DNA of 63,993 bases, filler included, from a bacterium (GTDB lineage: Bacteria > JALSQH01), in NCBI GenBank assembly GCA_027004335.1. It is 12 parts of 12 records of this genome, joined end to end, with 100 filler letters (N's around TTAATTAATTAA, not from the genome) between each part and the next. Parts side by side here need not be neighbours in the genome. Positions count along the whole stretch, not along the records: positions 60,640 to 63,993 come from JALTID010000130.1; 11 more parts are not named here. The stretch is one strand, 5' to 3'. Below, piece by piece: positions 63,977-63,993 of this stretch. Every line of letters starts with the position of its first letter. The stretch's first letter is position 1. Made by a program: the position numbers and the translations under genes. A model generated the notes under the pieces. The model was not told where the DNA came from. It saw only the letters and a program-made list of their open reading frames with translations, and searched no databases.

Positions 63977-63993
63977 TTTCTCTCCCTCCTCAG

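Noticed and set aside
1..63993. CRISPR array, prophage, integron or transposase; gene linkages across linkers
   Set aside because: No repeat-spacer array or hallmark genes seen; neighbours across linkers are not physically linked

Overview
The window is not one locus. It is 12 unrelated contig fragments of a draft, MAG-like bacterial genome, joined by artificial 100-nt linkers (N44-TTAATTAATTAA-N44), with four 10-N scaffold gaps inside genes. Gene neighbourhoods are therefore valid only within a fragment. The DNA is AT-rich and visibly CpG-poor and the proteins are K/E-rich, which suggests a diderm, probably thermophilic anaerobe of broadly deltaproteobacterial type (inference). Content is mostly housekeeping (gltX, cysS, queD/queC/folE2, uvrA, uvrB, ispG, pnp, dut, aroB, pgi, rtcB, mraZ-rsmH-ftsL-ftsI-murE, dtd, tRNA-Leu), plus acyl-CoA/lipid metabolism, secreted hydrolases, two Ser/Thr kinases and c-di-GMP signalling. 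I saw no CRISPR array, prophage or transposase. Best leads: (1) a HEAT-repeat/HD-GYP gene pair sharing an unnamed N-terminal domain; (2) a FAD-oxidoreductase/CCG-FeS/SCP2-like/secreted-protein operon followed by a sigma54-type lipoprotein gene; (3) a GNAT-like plus degenerate M55-like pair; (4) four apparently leaderless genes; (5) a probable trans-envelope MlaD coupled to an orphan RACo; (6) two compositional chimeras. All functional calls come from motif recognition, not database searches.
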